Source of the DNA: Eledone cirrhosa
Lineage: Eukaryota
Direction of reading: 5' to 3'
NCBI GenBank assembly: GCA_964016885.1
Contig: OZ024744.1
Span: 128,030,001 to 128,094,000, forward strand
Length of the DNA: 64,000 bases
Below, piece after piece: positions 47,001 through 59,719 of this stretch (positions within the stretch are counted from its first letter, which is position 1; each line of letters begins with the position of its first letter). Made by a program: the position numbers and the translations under genes. The notes beneath the pieces were generated by a model, which was not told the origin of the DNA, did no database searches, and worked only from the letters and a program-made list of their open reading frames with translations.

Positions 47001-50000
47001 TGGGGTTAATTTAAGTTGGGGTTGAGTTAATTTGGGTTTAAGTTAAGTTGGGCTTAACTTAAGTTGGGGTTAAGTTGGGGTTAAGTTAAGTTGGGGTTAA
47101 GTTAAGTTGGGGTTAAGTTAAGTTGTGGGTAAGTTAAGTTGGGGGCAAGTTAAGTTGGGGTTAATTTAAGTTGGGGTTAAGTTAAGTTGGGGTTATGTTA
47201 AGTTGGGGTTAATTTAAGTTGGGGTTAAGTTAAGTTGGGGGTAACTTAAGTTGAGGGTAAGTTAAGTTGAGGGTAAGTTAAGTTGAGGGTAAGTTAAGTT
47301 GAGGTTAAGTTAAGTTGGGGTTAAGTTAAGTTGGGGGTAAGTTAAGTTGGGGGTAAGTTAAGTTGGGGTTAAGTTAAGTTGGGGTTAAATTAAGTTGAGG
47401 TTAAGTTAATTTGGGGTTAAGTTAAGTTGGGGTTAAGTTAAGTTGGGGGTAAGATAAGTTGGGGCTAAGTTAAGTTGGGGCTAAGTCAAGTTGGGGTTAA
47501 GTCAAGTTGAGGTTAACTTAAGTTGGGGTTAAGTTAAGTTGGGGTTAAGTTAAGTTGGGGTTAAGGTAAGTTGGGGTTAAGTTAAGTTGGGGCTAAGTTA
47601 AGTTGGGGCTAAGTTAAGTTGGGGCTGAGTTAAGTTGGGGTTAAGTTGGGGTTGAGTTAAGTTGGGGTTAAGTTAAGTTGGGATTAAGTTAAGTTGGGGT
47701 TAAGTTAAGTTCGGGTTGAGTTAAGTTGGGGTTAAGTTAAGTTGGGGTTAATTTAAGTTGGGGTTAAGTTAAGTTGGGGTTAAGATAAGTTGGGGTTAAG
47801 TTAAGTTGGGGTTAGGTTAAGTTGGGGTTGAGTTAATTTGGGGTTAAGTTAAGTTGGGGTTAACTTAAGTTGGGGTTAAGTTAAGTTGGGGTTAAGTTAA
47901 GTTGGGGGTAAGTTAAGTTGGGGGCAAGTTGAGTTGGGGTTAAGTTAAGTTGGGGTTAAGTTAAGGTGGGGGTAAGTTAAGTTGGGGGTAAGTTAAGTTG
48001 GGGTTAAGTTAAGTTGGGGTTAAGTTAAGTTGGGTTTAAGTTAAGTTGGGGCTAAGTCTAGTTGGGGCTAAGTTAAGTTGGGGCTGAGTTAAGTTGGGGT
48101 TAAGTTAAGTTGGGGTTGAGTTAAGTTGGGGTTAACTTAAGTTGGGGTTAAGTTGGGGTTAAGTTAAGTTGGGGTTAAATTAAGTTGGGGGTTAGTTAAG
48201 TTGCGGCAAGTTAAGTTGGGGTTAATTTAAGTTGGGGTTAAGTTAAGTTGGGGTTATGTTAAGTTGGGGTTAAGTTAAGTTGGGGTTAAGTTAAGTTGGG
48301 GGTAAGTTAATTTGGGGCTGAGTTAAGATAGGGTTAAGTTAAGTTCGGGTTGAGTTAAGTTGGGGTTAAGTTAAGTTGGGGTTAAGTTAAGTTGGGATTA
48401 AGTTAAGTTGGGGTTAAGATAAGTTGGGGTTAAGTTAAGTTGGGGTTAATTTAAGTTGGGGTTGAGTTAAGTTCGGGTTAAGTTAAGTTCGGGTTGAGTT
48501 AAGTTGGGGTTAAGTTAAGTTGGGGTTAAGTTAAGTTGGGGTTAAGTTAAGTTGGGGTTAAGATAAGTTGGGGTTAAGTTAAGTTGGGGTTAATTTAAGT
48601 TGGGGTTGAGTTAATTTGGGTTTAAGTTAAGTTGGGCTTAACTTAAGTTGGGGTTAAGTTGGGGTTAAGTTAAGTTGGGGTTAAGTTAAGTTGGGGTTAA
48701 GTTAAGTTGGGGGTAAGTTAAGTTGGGGGCAAGTTAAGTTGGGGTTAATTTAAGTTGGGGTTAAGTTAAGTTGGGGTTATGTTAAGTTGGGGTTAATTTA
48801 AGTTGGGGTTAAGTTAAGTTGGGGGTAACTTAAGTTGAGGGTAAGTTAAGTTGAGGGTAAGTTAAGTTGAGGGTAAGTTAAGTTGAGGTTAAGTTAAGTT
48901 GGGGTTAAGTTAAGTTGGGGGTAAGTTTAGTTGGGGGTAAGTTAAGTTGGGGTTAAGTTAAGTTGGGGTTAAATTAAGTTGAGGTTAAGTTAATTTGGGG
49001 TTAAGTTAAGTTGGGGTTAAGTTAAGTTGGGGGTAAGATAAGTTGGGGCTAAGTTAAGTTGGGGCTAAGTCAAGTTGGGGTTAAGTCAAGTTGAGGTTAA
49101 CTTAAGTTGGGGTTAAGTTAAGTTGGGGTTAAGTTAAGTTGGGGTTAAGGTAAGTTGGGGTTAAGTTAAGTTGGGGCTAAGTTAAGTTGGGGCTAAGTTA
49201 AGTTGGGTCTGAGTTAAGTTGGGGTTAAGTTGCGGTTGAGTTAAGTTGGGGTTAAGTTAAGTTGGGATTAAGTTAAGTTGGGGTTAAGTTAAGTTCGGGT
49301 TGAGTTAAGTTGGGGTTAAGTTAAGTTGGGGTTAATTTAAGTTGGGGTTAAGTTAAGTTGGGGTTAAGATAAGTTGGGGTTAAGTTAAGTTGGGGTTAAG
49401 TTAAGTTGGGGTTGAGTTAATTTGGGGTTAAGTTAAGTTGGGGTTAACTTAAGTTGGGGTTAAGTTAAGTTGGGGTTAAGTTAAGTTGGGGGTAAGTTAA
49501 GTTGGGGGCAAGCTAAGTTGGGGTTCAGTTAAGTTGGGGTTAAGTTAATTTGGGGCTGAGTTAAGTTGGGGTTAAGTTAAGTTCGGGTTGAGTTAAGTTG
49601 GGGTTAAGTTAAGTTGGGGTTAAGTTAAGTTGGGGTTAAGTTAAGTTGGGGTTAAGATAAGTTGGGGTTAAGTTAAGTTGGGGTTAATTTAAGTTGGGGT
49701 TGAGTTAACTTGGGTTTAAGTTAAGTTGGGCTTAACTTAAGTTGGGGTTAAGTTAAGTTGGGGTTAAGTTAAGTTGGGGGTAAGTTAAGTTGGGGGCAAG
49801 TTAAGTTGGGGTTAATTTAAGTTGGGGTTAAGTTAAGTTGGGGTTAAGTTAAGTTGGGGGTAACTTAAGTTGGGGTTAAGTTAAGTTGAGGGTAAGTTAA
49901 GTTGAGGTTAAGTTAAGTTGGGGTTAAGTTAAGTTGGGGGTAAGTTAAGTTGGGGGTAAGTTAAGTTGGGGTTAAGTTAAGTTGGGGTTAAATTAAGTTG

Positions 50001-52730
50001 AGGTTAAGTTAATTTGGGGTTAAGTTAAGTTGGGGTTAAGTTAAGTTGGGGGTAAGATAAGTTGGGGCTAAGTTAAGTTGGGGCTAAGTCAAGTTGGGGT
50101 TAAGTCAAGTTGGGGTTAAGTCAAGTTGAGGTTAACTTAAGTTGGGGTTAAGTTAAGTTGGGGTTAAGTTAAGTTGGGGTTAAGGTAAGTTGGGGTTAAG
50201 TTAAGTTGGGGCTAAGTTAAGTTGGGGCTAAGTTAAGTTGGGGCTGAGTTAAGTTGGGGTTAAGTTGGGGTTGAGTTAAGTTGGGGTTAAGTTAAGTTGG
50301 GATTAAGTTAAGTTGGGGTTAAGTTAAGTTCGGGTTGAGTTAAGTTGGGGTTAAGTTAAGTTGGGGTTAATTTAAGTTGGGGTTAAGTTAAGTTGGGGTT
50401 AAGATAAGTTGGGGTTAAGTTAAGTTGGGGTTAAGTTAAGTTGGGGTTGAGTTAATTTGGGGTTAAGTTAAGTTGGGGTTAACTTAAGTTGGGGTTAAGT
50501 TAAGTTGGGGTTAAGTTAAGTTGGGGGTAAGTTAAGTCGGGGTTAAGTTAAGTTGGGGTTAAGTTAAGTTGGGTTTAAGTTAAGTTGGGGCTAAGTTAAG
50601 TTGGGGCTAAGTTAAGTTGGGGCTGAGTTAAGTTGGGGGTAACTTAAATTGGGTATAAGTTAAGTTGGGGTTAAGTTAAGTTGGGGTTCAGTTCAGTTGG
50701 GGTTAAGTTAAGTTGGGGTTAAGTTAAGCTGGGGTTAAGTTAAGTTGGGGTTAATTTAAGTTGGGGTTAAGTTAAGTTGGGGTTGAGTTAAGTTGGGGTT
50801 GAGTTAAGCTGGGGTTAATTTAAGTTGGGGTTAAGTTAAGTTGGGGTTAAGTTAAGTTGGGGTTAAGTTAAGTTGGGGGTAAGTTAAGTTGGGGGCAAGT
50901 TAAGTTGGGGTTAAGTTAAGTTGGGGTTAAGTTAAGTTGGGGTTAAGTTAAGTTAGGGTTAATTTCAGTTGGGGTTAAGTTAAGTTGGGGTTAAGTTAAG
51001 TTAGGGTTAATTTAAGTTGGGGTTATGTTAAGTTGGGGTTAAGTTAAGTTGGGGTTAAGTTAAGTTGGTGTTAAGTAAAGTTGGGGTTAAGTTAAGTTGG
51101 TGTTAAGTAAAGTTGGGCTTAAGTTAAGTTGGGTTTGAGTTAAGTTGGGGCTAAGTTAAGTTAGGGCTAAGTTAAGTTGGGGTTAAGTTAAGTTGGGGCT
51201 AGGTTAAGTTGGGTCTAAGTTAAGTTGGGGTTAAGTTAAGTTGGGGTTAAGTTCAGTTGGGGTTAAATTAAGTTGGGGTTAAGTTAAGTTGGCGTTAAGC
51301 TAAGTTGGGGTTAAGTTAATTTGCGGTTAAGTTAGGTTGTGGGTTAAGTTAAGTTGGGGGTAAGTTAAGTTGGGGGTAAGTTAAGTTGGGGTTAATTTAA
51401 GTTGGGGTTAAGTTAAGTTGGGGTTAAGTTAAGTTGGGGTTAAGTTAAGTTGGGGTTAAGTTAAGTTGGCGTTAATTTAACTTGGGGTAAAGTTAAGTTG
51501 GGGTTAAGTTAAGTTGGGGTTAAGTTAAGTTGGGGTTAAGTTAAGTTGGGGTTAAGTCAAGTTGGGGTTAAGTCAAGTTGGGGTTAAGTCAAGTTGGGGT
51601 TAAGTTAAGTTGGGGTTAAGTTAAGTTGGGTATAAGTTAAGTTGGGGTTAAGTTAAAATGTGGTTAAGTTCAGTTGGGGTTAAGTTAAGTTGGGGTTAAG
51701 TTAAGTTGGGGGTAAGTTAAGTTGGGGGCAAGTTAAGTTGGGGTTAAGTTAAGTTGGGGTTAAGTTAAGTTGGGGTTAAGTTAAGTTGGGGTTAAGTTAA
51801 GTTAGGGTTAATTTCAGTTGGGGTTATGTTAAGTTGGGGTTAAGTTAAGTTGGGGTTAAGTTAAAGTTGGGGTTAAGTTAAGTTGGGGTAAAGTTAAGTT
51901 AGGGTTAAGTTGAGTTGGGGTTAAGTTAAGTTGGGGTTAAATTAAGTTGGGGTTAAGTTAAGTTGGGGTTAAGGTAAGTTGGGGTTAAATTAAGTTGGGG
52001 TTCAGTTAAGTTGGGGTTAAATTAAGTTGGGGTTAAGTTAAGTTGGGGTTAGTTAAGTTGGGGTTAAGTTAAGTTGGGGTTAAGTTAAGTTGGGGTTAAG
52101 TTAAGTTGGCGTTAAGTTAAGTTGGGGTTAAGTTAAGTTGGGGTTAAATTAAGTTGGGGTTAAGTTAAGTTGGGGTTAACTTAAGTTGGGGTTGACTTAA
52201 GTTGGGGTTAATTTGGGGTTAAGTTAAGTTGGGGTTAAATTAAGTTGGGGGTTAGTTAAGTTGGGGCAAGTTAAGTTGGGGTTAATTTAAGTTGGGGTTA
52301 AGTTAAGTTGGGGTTATGTTAAGTTGGGGTTAAGTTACGTTGGGGTTAAGTTAAGTTGGGGGTAAGTTAAGTTGGGGTTAAGTTAAGTTGGGGGTAAGTT
52401 AAGTTGAGGGTAAGTTAAGTTGGGGTTAAGTTAAGTTGGGGTTAAATTAAGTTGAGGTTAAGTTAAGTTGGGGTTAAGTTAAGTTGGGGGTAAGATAAGT
52501 TGGGGGTAAGATAAGTTGGGGCTAAGTTAAGTTGGGGCTAAGTCAAGTTGGGGTTAATTCAAGTTGAGGTTAACTTAAGTTGGGGTTAAGTTAAGTTGGG
52601 GTTAATTTAAGTTGGGGTTAAGTTAAGTTGGGGTTAAGATAAGTTGGGGTTAAGTTAAGTTGGGGTTAAGTTAAGTTGGGGTTGAGTTAATTTGGGGTTA
52701 AGTTAAGTTGGGGTTAACTTAAGTTGGGGT
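41100..52730 (+). repeat. Tandem pair of about 5.8-5.9-kb higher-order units
   Basis: GATAGGG at 42523/48327 (offset 5804) and AAAATGTGG at 45740/51655 (offset 5915), with the same marker order. Confidence 0.8.
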
Positions 52731-55700
52731 TAAGTTGGGGTTAAGTTAAGTTGGGGGTAGGTTAAGTTGGGGGCAAGTTTAGTTGGGGTTAAGTTAAGTT
52801 GGGGTTACGTTAAGTTGGGCGTAAGTTAAGTCGGGGTTAAGTTAAGTTGGGGTTAAGTTAAGTTGGGTTTAAGTTAAGTTGGGGCTAAGTTAAGTTGGGG
52901 CTAAGTTAAGTTGGGTCTGAGTTAAGTTGGGGTTAAGTTGCGGTTGAGTTAAGTTGGGGTTAAGTTAAGTTGGGATTAAGTTAAGTTGGGGTTAAGTTAA
53001 GTTCGGGTTGAGTTAAGTTGGGGTTAAGTTAAGTTGGGGTTAATTTAAGTTGGGGTTAAGTTAAGTTGGGGTTAAGATAAGTTGGGGTTAAGTTAAGTTG
53101 GGGTTAAGTTAAGTTGGGGTTGAGTTAATTTGGGGTTAAGTTAAGTTGGGGTTAACTTAAGTTGGGGTTAAGTTAAGTTGGGGTTAAGTTAAGTTGGGGG
53201 TAATTTAAGTTGGGGGCAAGCTAAGTTGGGGTTCAGTTAAGTTGGGGTTAAGTTAATTTGGGGCTGAGTTAAGTTGGGGTTAAGTTAAGTTCGGGTTGAG
53301 TTAAGTTGGGGTTAAGTTAAGTTGGGGTTAAGTTAAGTTGGGGTTAAGTTAAGTTGGGGTTAAGATAAGTTGGGGTTAAGTTAAGTTGGGGTTAATTTAA
53401 GTTGGAGTTGAGTTAACTTGGGTTTAAGTTAAGTTGGGCTTAACTTAAGTTGGGGTTAAGTTAAGTTGGGGTTAAGTTAAGTTGGGGGTAAGTTAAGTTG
53501 GGGGCAAGTTAAGTTGGGGTTAATTTAAGTTGGGGTTAAGTTAAGTTGGGGTTAAGTTAAGTTGGGGGTAACTTAAGTTGGGGTTAAGTTAAGTTGAGGG
53601 TAAGTTAAGTTGAGGTTAAGTTAAGTTGGGGTTAAGTTAAGTTGGGGGTAAGTTAAGTTGGGGGTAAGTTAAGTTGGGGTTAAGTTAAGTTGGGGTTAAA
53701 TTAAGTTGAGGTTAAGTTAATTTGGGGTTAAGTTAAGTTGGGGTTAAGTTAAGTTGGGGGTAAGATAAGTTGGGGCTAAGTTAAGTTGGGGCTAAGTCAA
53801 GTTGGGGTTAAGTCAAGTTGGGGTTAAGTCAAGTTGAGGTTAACTTAAGTTGGGGTTAAGTTAAGTTGGGGTTAAGTTAAGTTGGGGTTAAGGTAAGTTG
53901 GGGTTAAGTTAAGTTGGGGCTAAGTTAAGTTGGGGCTAAGTTAAGTTGGGGCTGAGTTAAGTTGGGGTTAAGTTGGGGTTGAGTTAAGTTGGGGTTAAGT
54001 TAAGTTGGGATTAAGTTAAGTTGGGGTTAAGTTAAGTTCGGGTTGAGTTAAGTTGGGGTTAAGTTAAGTTGGGGTTAATTTAAGTTGGGGTTAAGTTAAG
54101 TTGGGGTTAAGATAAGTTGGGGTTAAGTTAAGTTGGGGTTAAGTTAAGTTGGGGTTGAGTTAATTTGGGGTTAAGTTAAGTTGGGGTTAACTTAAGTTGG
54201 GGTTAAGTTAAGTTGGGGTTAAGTTAAGTTGGGGGTAAGTTAAGTCGGGGTTAAGTTAAGTTGGGGTTAAGTTAAGTTGGGGTTAAGTTAAGTTGGGGTT
54301 GAGTTAAGTTGGGGTTGAGTTAAGCTGGGGTTAATTTAAGTTGGGGTTAAGTTAAGTTGGGGTTAAGTTAAGTTGGGGTTAAGTTAAGTTGGGGGTAAGT
54401 TAAGTTGGGGGCAAGTTAAGTTGGGGTTAAGTTAAGTTGGGGTTAAGTTAAGTTGGGGTTAAGTTAAGTTAGGGTTAATTTCAGTTGGGGTTAAGTTAAG
54501 TTGGGGTTAAGTTAAGTTAGGGTTAATTTAAGTTGGGGTTATGTTAAGTTGGGGTTAAGTTAAGTTGGGGTTAAGTTAAGTTGGTGTTAAGTAAAGTTGG
54601 GGTTAAGTTAAGTTGGTGTTAAGTAAAGTTGGGCTTAAGTTAAGTTGGGTTTGAGTTAAGTTGGGGCTAAGTTAAGTTAGGGCTAAGTTAAGTTGGGGTT
54701 AAGTTAAGTTGGGGCTAGGTTAAGTTGGGTCTAAGTTAAGTTGGGGTTAAGTTAAGTTGGGGTTAAGTTCAGTTGGGGTTAAATTAAGTTGGGGTTAAGT
54801 TAAGTTGGCGTTAAGCTAAGTTGGGGTTAAGTTAATTTGCGGTTAAGTTAGGTTGTGGGTTAAGTTAAGTTGGGGGTAAGTTAAGTTGGGGGTAAGTTAA
54901 GTTGGGGTTAATTTAAGTTGGGGTTAAGTTAAGTTGGGGTTAAGTTAAGTTGGGGTTAAGTTAAGTTGGGGTTAAGTTAAGTTGGCGTTAATTTAACTTG
55001 GGGTAAAGTTAAGTTGGGGTTAAGTTAAGTTGGGGTTAAGTTAAGTTGGGGTTAAGTTAAGTTGGGGTTAAGTCAAGTTGGGGTTAAGTCAAGTTGGGGT
55101 TAAGTCAAGTTGGGGTTAAGTTAAGTTGGGGTTAAGTTAAGTTGGGGGTAAGTTAAGTTGGGTATAAGTTAAGTTGGGGTTAAGTTAAAATGTGGTTAAG
55201 TTCAGTTGGGGTTAAGTTAAGTTGGGGTTAAGTTAACTTGGGGGTAAGTTAAGTTGGGGGCAAGTTAAGTTGGGGTTAAGTTAAGTTGGGGTTAAGTTAA
55301 GTTGGGGTTAAGTTAAGTTGGGGTTAAGTTAAGTTGGGGTTAAGTTAAGTTAGGGTTAATTTCAGTTGGGGTTATGTTAAGTTGGGGTTAAGTTAAGTTG
55401 GGGTTAAGTTAAAGTTGGGGTTAAGTTAAGTTGGGGTAAAGTTAAGTTAGGGTTAAGTTGAGTTGGGGTTAAGTTAAGTTGGGGTTAAATTAAGTTGGGG
55501 TTAAGTTAAGTTGGGGTTAAGGTAAGTTGGGGTTAAATTAAGTTGGGGTTCAGTTAAGTTGGGGTTAAATTAAGTTGGGGTTAAGTTAAGTTGGGGTTAG
55601 TTAAGTTGGGGTTAAGTTAAGTTGGGGTTAAGTTAAGTTGGGGTTAAGTTAAGTTGGCGTTAAGTTAAGTTGGGGTTAAGTTAAGTTGGGGTTAAATTAA

Positions 55701-56470
55701 GTTGGGGTTAAGTTAAGTTGGGGTTAATTTAAGTTGGGGTTAAGTTAAGTTGGGGTTAAGTTAAGTTGGAGTTAAGTCAAGTTGGGGTTAAGTCAAGTTG
55801 CGGTTAAGTCAAGTTGGGGTTAAGTCAAGTTGGGGTTAAGTTAAGTTGGGGTTAACTTAAGTTGGGGTTGACTTAAGTTGGGGTTAATTTGGGGTTAAGT
55901 TAAGTTGGGGTTAAATTAAGTTGGGGGTTAGTTAAGTTGGGGCAAGTTAAGTTGGGGTTAATTTAAGTTGGGGTTAAGTTAAGTTGGGGTTATGTTAAGT
56001 TGGGGTTAAGTTACGTTGGGGTTAAGTTAAGTTGGGGGTAAGTTAAGTTGGGGTTAAGTTAAGTTGGGGGTAAGTTAAGTTGAGGGTAAGTTAAGTTGGG
56101 GTTAAGTTAAGTTGGGGTTAAATTAAGTTGAGGTTAAGTTAAGTTGGGGTTAAGTTAAGTTGGGGGTAAGATAAGTTGGGGGTAAGATAAGTTGGGGCTA
56201 AGTTAAGTTGGGGCTAAGTCAAGTTGGGGTTAATTCAAGTTGAGGTTAACTTAAGTTGGGGTTAAGTTAAGTTGGGGTTAATTTAAGTTGGGGTTAAGTT
56301 AAGTTGGGGTTAAGATAAGTTGGGGTTAAGTTAAGTTGGGGTTAAGTTAAGTTGGGGTTGAGTTAATTTGGGGTTAAGTTAAGTTGGGGTTAACTTAAGT
56401 TGGGGTTAAGTTGGGGTTAAGTTAAGTTGGGGGTAGGTTAAGTTGGGGGCAAGTTTAGTTGGGGTTAAGT
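49200..56470 (+). repeat. About 3.5-3.7-kb tandem duplication with internal indels
   Basis: GGGTCTGAG at about 49205/52913 (offset 3708), AAAATGTGG at 51655/55187 (3532), and the GAC of TTGACTTAAG at 52194/55870 (3676). Confidence 0.82.
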
Positions 56471-59400
56471 TAAGTTGGGGTTAAGTTAAGTTGGGTTTAA
56501 GTTAAGTTGGGGCTAAGTTAAGTTGGAGCTAAGTTAAGTTGGGGCTGAGTTAAGTTGGGGGTAAGTTAAGTTGGGGTTAAGTTAAGTTGGGGTTCAGTTA
56601 AGTTGGGGTTAAGTTAAGTTGGGGTTAAGTTAAGCTGGGGTTAAGTTAAGTTGGGGTTAAGTTAAGTTGGGGTTAATTTAAGTTGGGGTTAAGTTAAGTT
56701 GGGGTTGAGTTAAGTTGGGGTTGAGTTAAGTTGGGGTTAAGTTAAGTTGGGGTTAAGTTAAGTTGGGGTTAAGTTAAGTTGGGGTTAAGTTAAGTTGGGG
56801 TTAAGTTAAGTTGGGGGTAAGTTAAGTTGGGGGCAAGTTAAGTTGGGGTTAAGTTAAGTTGGGGTTAAGTTAAGTTGGGGTTAAGTTAAGTTAGGGTTAA
56901 TTTCAGTTGGGGTTATGTTAAGTTGGGGTTAAGTTAAGTTGGGGTTAAGTTAAAGTTGGGGTTAAGTTAAGTTGGGGTAAAGTTAAGTTAGGGTTAAGTT
57001 AAGTTGGGGTTAAGTTAAGTTGGGGTTAAATTAAGTTGGGGTTCAGTTAAGTTGGGGTTAAGTTAAGCTGGGGTTAAATTAAGTTGGGGTTCAGTTAAGT
57101 TGGGGTTAAATTAAGTTGGGGTTAAGTTAAGTTGGGGTTAGTTAAGTTGGGGTTAAGTTAAGTTGGGGTTAAGTTAAGTTGGGGTTAAGTTAAGTTGGGG
57201 TTAAATTAAGTTGGGGTTAAGTTAAGTTGGGGTTAAGTTAAGTTGGGGTTAAGTTAAGTTAGGGTTAATTTCAGTTGGGGTTATGTTAAGTTGGGGTTAA
57301 GTTAAGTTGGGGTTAAGTTAAAGTTGGTGTTAAGTTAAGTTGGCGTAAAGTTAAGTTAGGGTTAAGTTAAGTTGGGGTTAAGTTAAGTTGGGGTTAAATT
57401 AAGTTGGGGTTAAGTTAAGTTGGGGTTAAGTTAAGTTAGGGTTAAATTAAGTTGGGGTTCAGTTAAGTTGGGGTTAAATTAAGTTGGGGTTAAGTTAAGT
57501 TGGGGTTAGTTAAGTTGGGGTTAAGTTAAGTTGGCGTTAAGTTAAGTTGGGGTTAAGTTAAGTTGGCGTTAAGTTAAGTTGGGGTTAAGTTAAGTTGGGG
57601 TTAAGTTAAGTTGGGGTTAAGTTAAGTTGGGGTTAATTTAAGTTGGGGTTAAGTTAAGTTGGGGTTAAGTTAAGTTGGAGTTAAGTCAAGTTGGTGTTAA
57701 GTCAAGTTGGGGTTAAGTCAAGTTGGGGTTAAGTCAAGTTGGGGTTAAGTTAAGTTGGGGTTAAGTTAAGTTGGGGTTAAGTTAAGTTGGGGGTAAGTTA
57801 AGTTGGGTGTAAGTTAAGTTGGGGTTAAGTTAAGTTGGGGTTCAGTTCAGTTGGGGTTAAGTTAAGTTGGGGTTAAGTTAAGCTGGGGGTAAGTTAAGTT
57901 GGGGTTAAGTTAAGTTGGGGTTAAGTTAAGTTGGGGTTAAGTTAAGTTGGGGTTCAGTTAAGTTGGGGTTAAGTTAATTTGGGGCTGAGTTAAGTTGGGG
58001 TTAAGTTAAGTTCGGGTTGAGTTAAGTTGGGGTTAAGTTAAGTTGGGGTTAAGTTAAGTTGGGGTTAAGTTAAGTTGGGGTTAAGATAAGTTGGGGTTAA
58101 GTTAAGTTGGGGTTAATTTAAGTTGGGGTTGAGTTAATTTGGGTTTAAGTTAAGTTAGCCTTAACTTAAGTTGGGGTTAAGTTAAGTTGGGGTTAAGTTA
58201 AGTTGGGGGTAAGTTAAGTTGGGGGCAAGTTAAGTTGGGGTTAATTTAAGTTGGGGTTAAGTTAAGTTGGGGTTAAGTTAAGTTGGGGGTAACTTAAGTT
58301 GGGGTTAAGTTAAGTTGAGGGTAAGTTAAGTTGAGGTTAAGTTAAGTTGGGGTTAAGTTAAGTTGGGGGTAAGTTAAGTTGGGGGTAAGTTAAGTTGGGG
58401 TTAAGTTAAGTTGGGGTTAAATTAAGTTGAGGTTAAGTTAATTTGGGGTTAAGTTAAGTTAGGGTTAATTTCAGTTGGGGTTAATTTAAGTTGGGGTTAA
58501 GTTAAGTTAGGGTTAATTTAAGTTGGGGTTATGTTAAGTTGGGGTTAAGTTAAGTTGGGGTTAAGTTAAGTTGGTGTTAAGTAAAGTTGGGGTTAAGTTA
58601 AGTTGTGGGTTAAGTTAAGTTGGGGTTAAGTTAAGTTGGGGTTAAGTTAAGTTGGTGTTAAGTAAAGTTGGGCTTAAGTTAAGTTGGGTTTGAGTTAAGT
58701 TGGGGCTAAGTTAAGTTAGGGCTAAGTTAAGTTGGGGTTAAGTTAAGTTGGGGCTAGGTTAAGTTGGGTCTAAGTTAAGTTGGGGTTAAGTTAAGTTGGA
58801 GTTAAGTTAAGTTGGGGGCAAGTTAAGTTAATTTGCGGTTAAGTTAGGTAGTGGGTTAAGTTAAGTTGGGGGTAAGTTAAGTTGGGGGTAAGTTAAGTTG
58901 GGGTTAATTTAAGTTGGGGTTAAGTTAAGTTGGGGTTAAGTTAAGTTGGGGCTAAGTTAAGTTGGGGTTAAGTTAAGTTGGCGTTAATTTAACTTGGGGT
59001 AAAGTTAAGTTGGGGTTAAGTTAAGTTGGGGTTAAGTTAAGTTGGGGTTAAGTTAAGTTGGGGTTAAGTCAAGTTGGGGTTAAGTCAAGTTGGGGTTAAG
59101 TCAAGTTGGGGTTAAGTTACGTTGGGGTTAAGTTAAGTTGGGGGTAAGTTAAGTTGGGGGTAAGTTAAGTTGGGGGCAAGTTAAGTTGGGGTTAAGTTAA
59201 GTTGGGGTTAAGTTAAGTTGGGGTTAAGTTAAGTTGGGGTTAAGTTAAGTTAGGGTTAATTTCAGTTGGGGTTATGTTAAGTTGGGGTTAAGTTAAGTTG
59301 GGGTTAAGTTAAAGTTGGGGTTAAGTTAAGTTGGGGTAAAGTTAAGTTAGGGTTAAGTTGAGTTGGGGTTAAGTTAAGTTGGGGTTAAATTAAGTTGGGG

Positions 59401-59719
59401 CTAAGTTAAGTTGGGGTTAAGGTAAGTTGGGGTTAAATTAAGTTGGGGTTCAGTTAAGTTGGGGTTAAATTAAGTTGGGGTTAAGTTAAGTTGGGGTTAG
59501 TTAAGTTGGGGTTAAGTTAAGTTGGCGTTAAGTTAAGTTGGGGTTAAGTTAAGTTGGGGTTAAATTAAGTTGGGGTTAAGTTAAGTTGGGGTTAATTTAA
59601 GTTGGGGTTAAGTTAAGTTGGGGTTAAGTTAAGTTGGAGTTAAGTCAAGTTGGGGTTAAGTCAAGTTGCGGTTAAGTCAAGTTGGGGTTAAGTCAAGTTG
59701 GGGTTAAGTTAAGTTGGGG

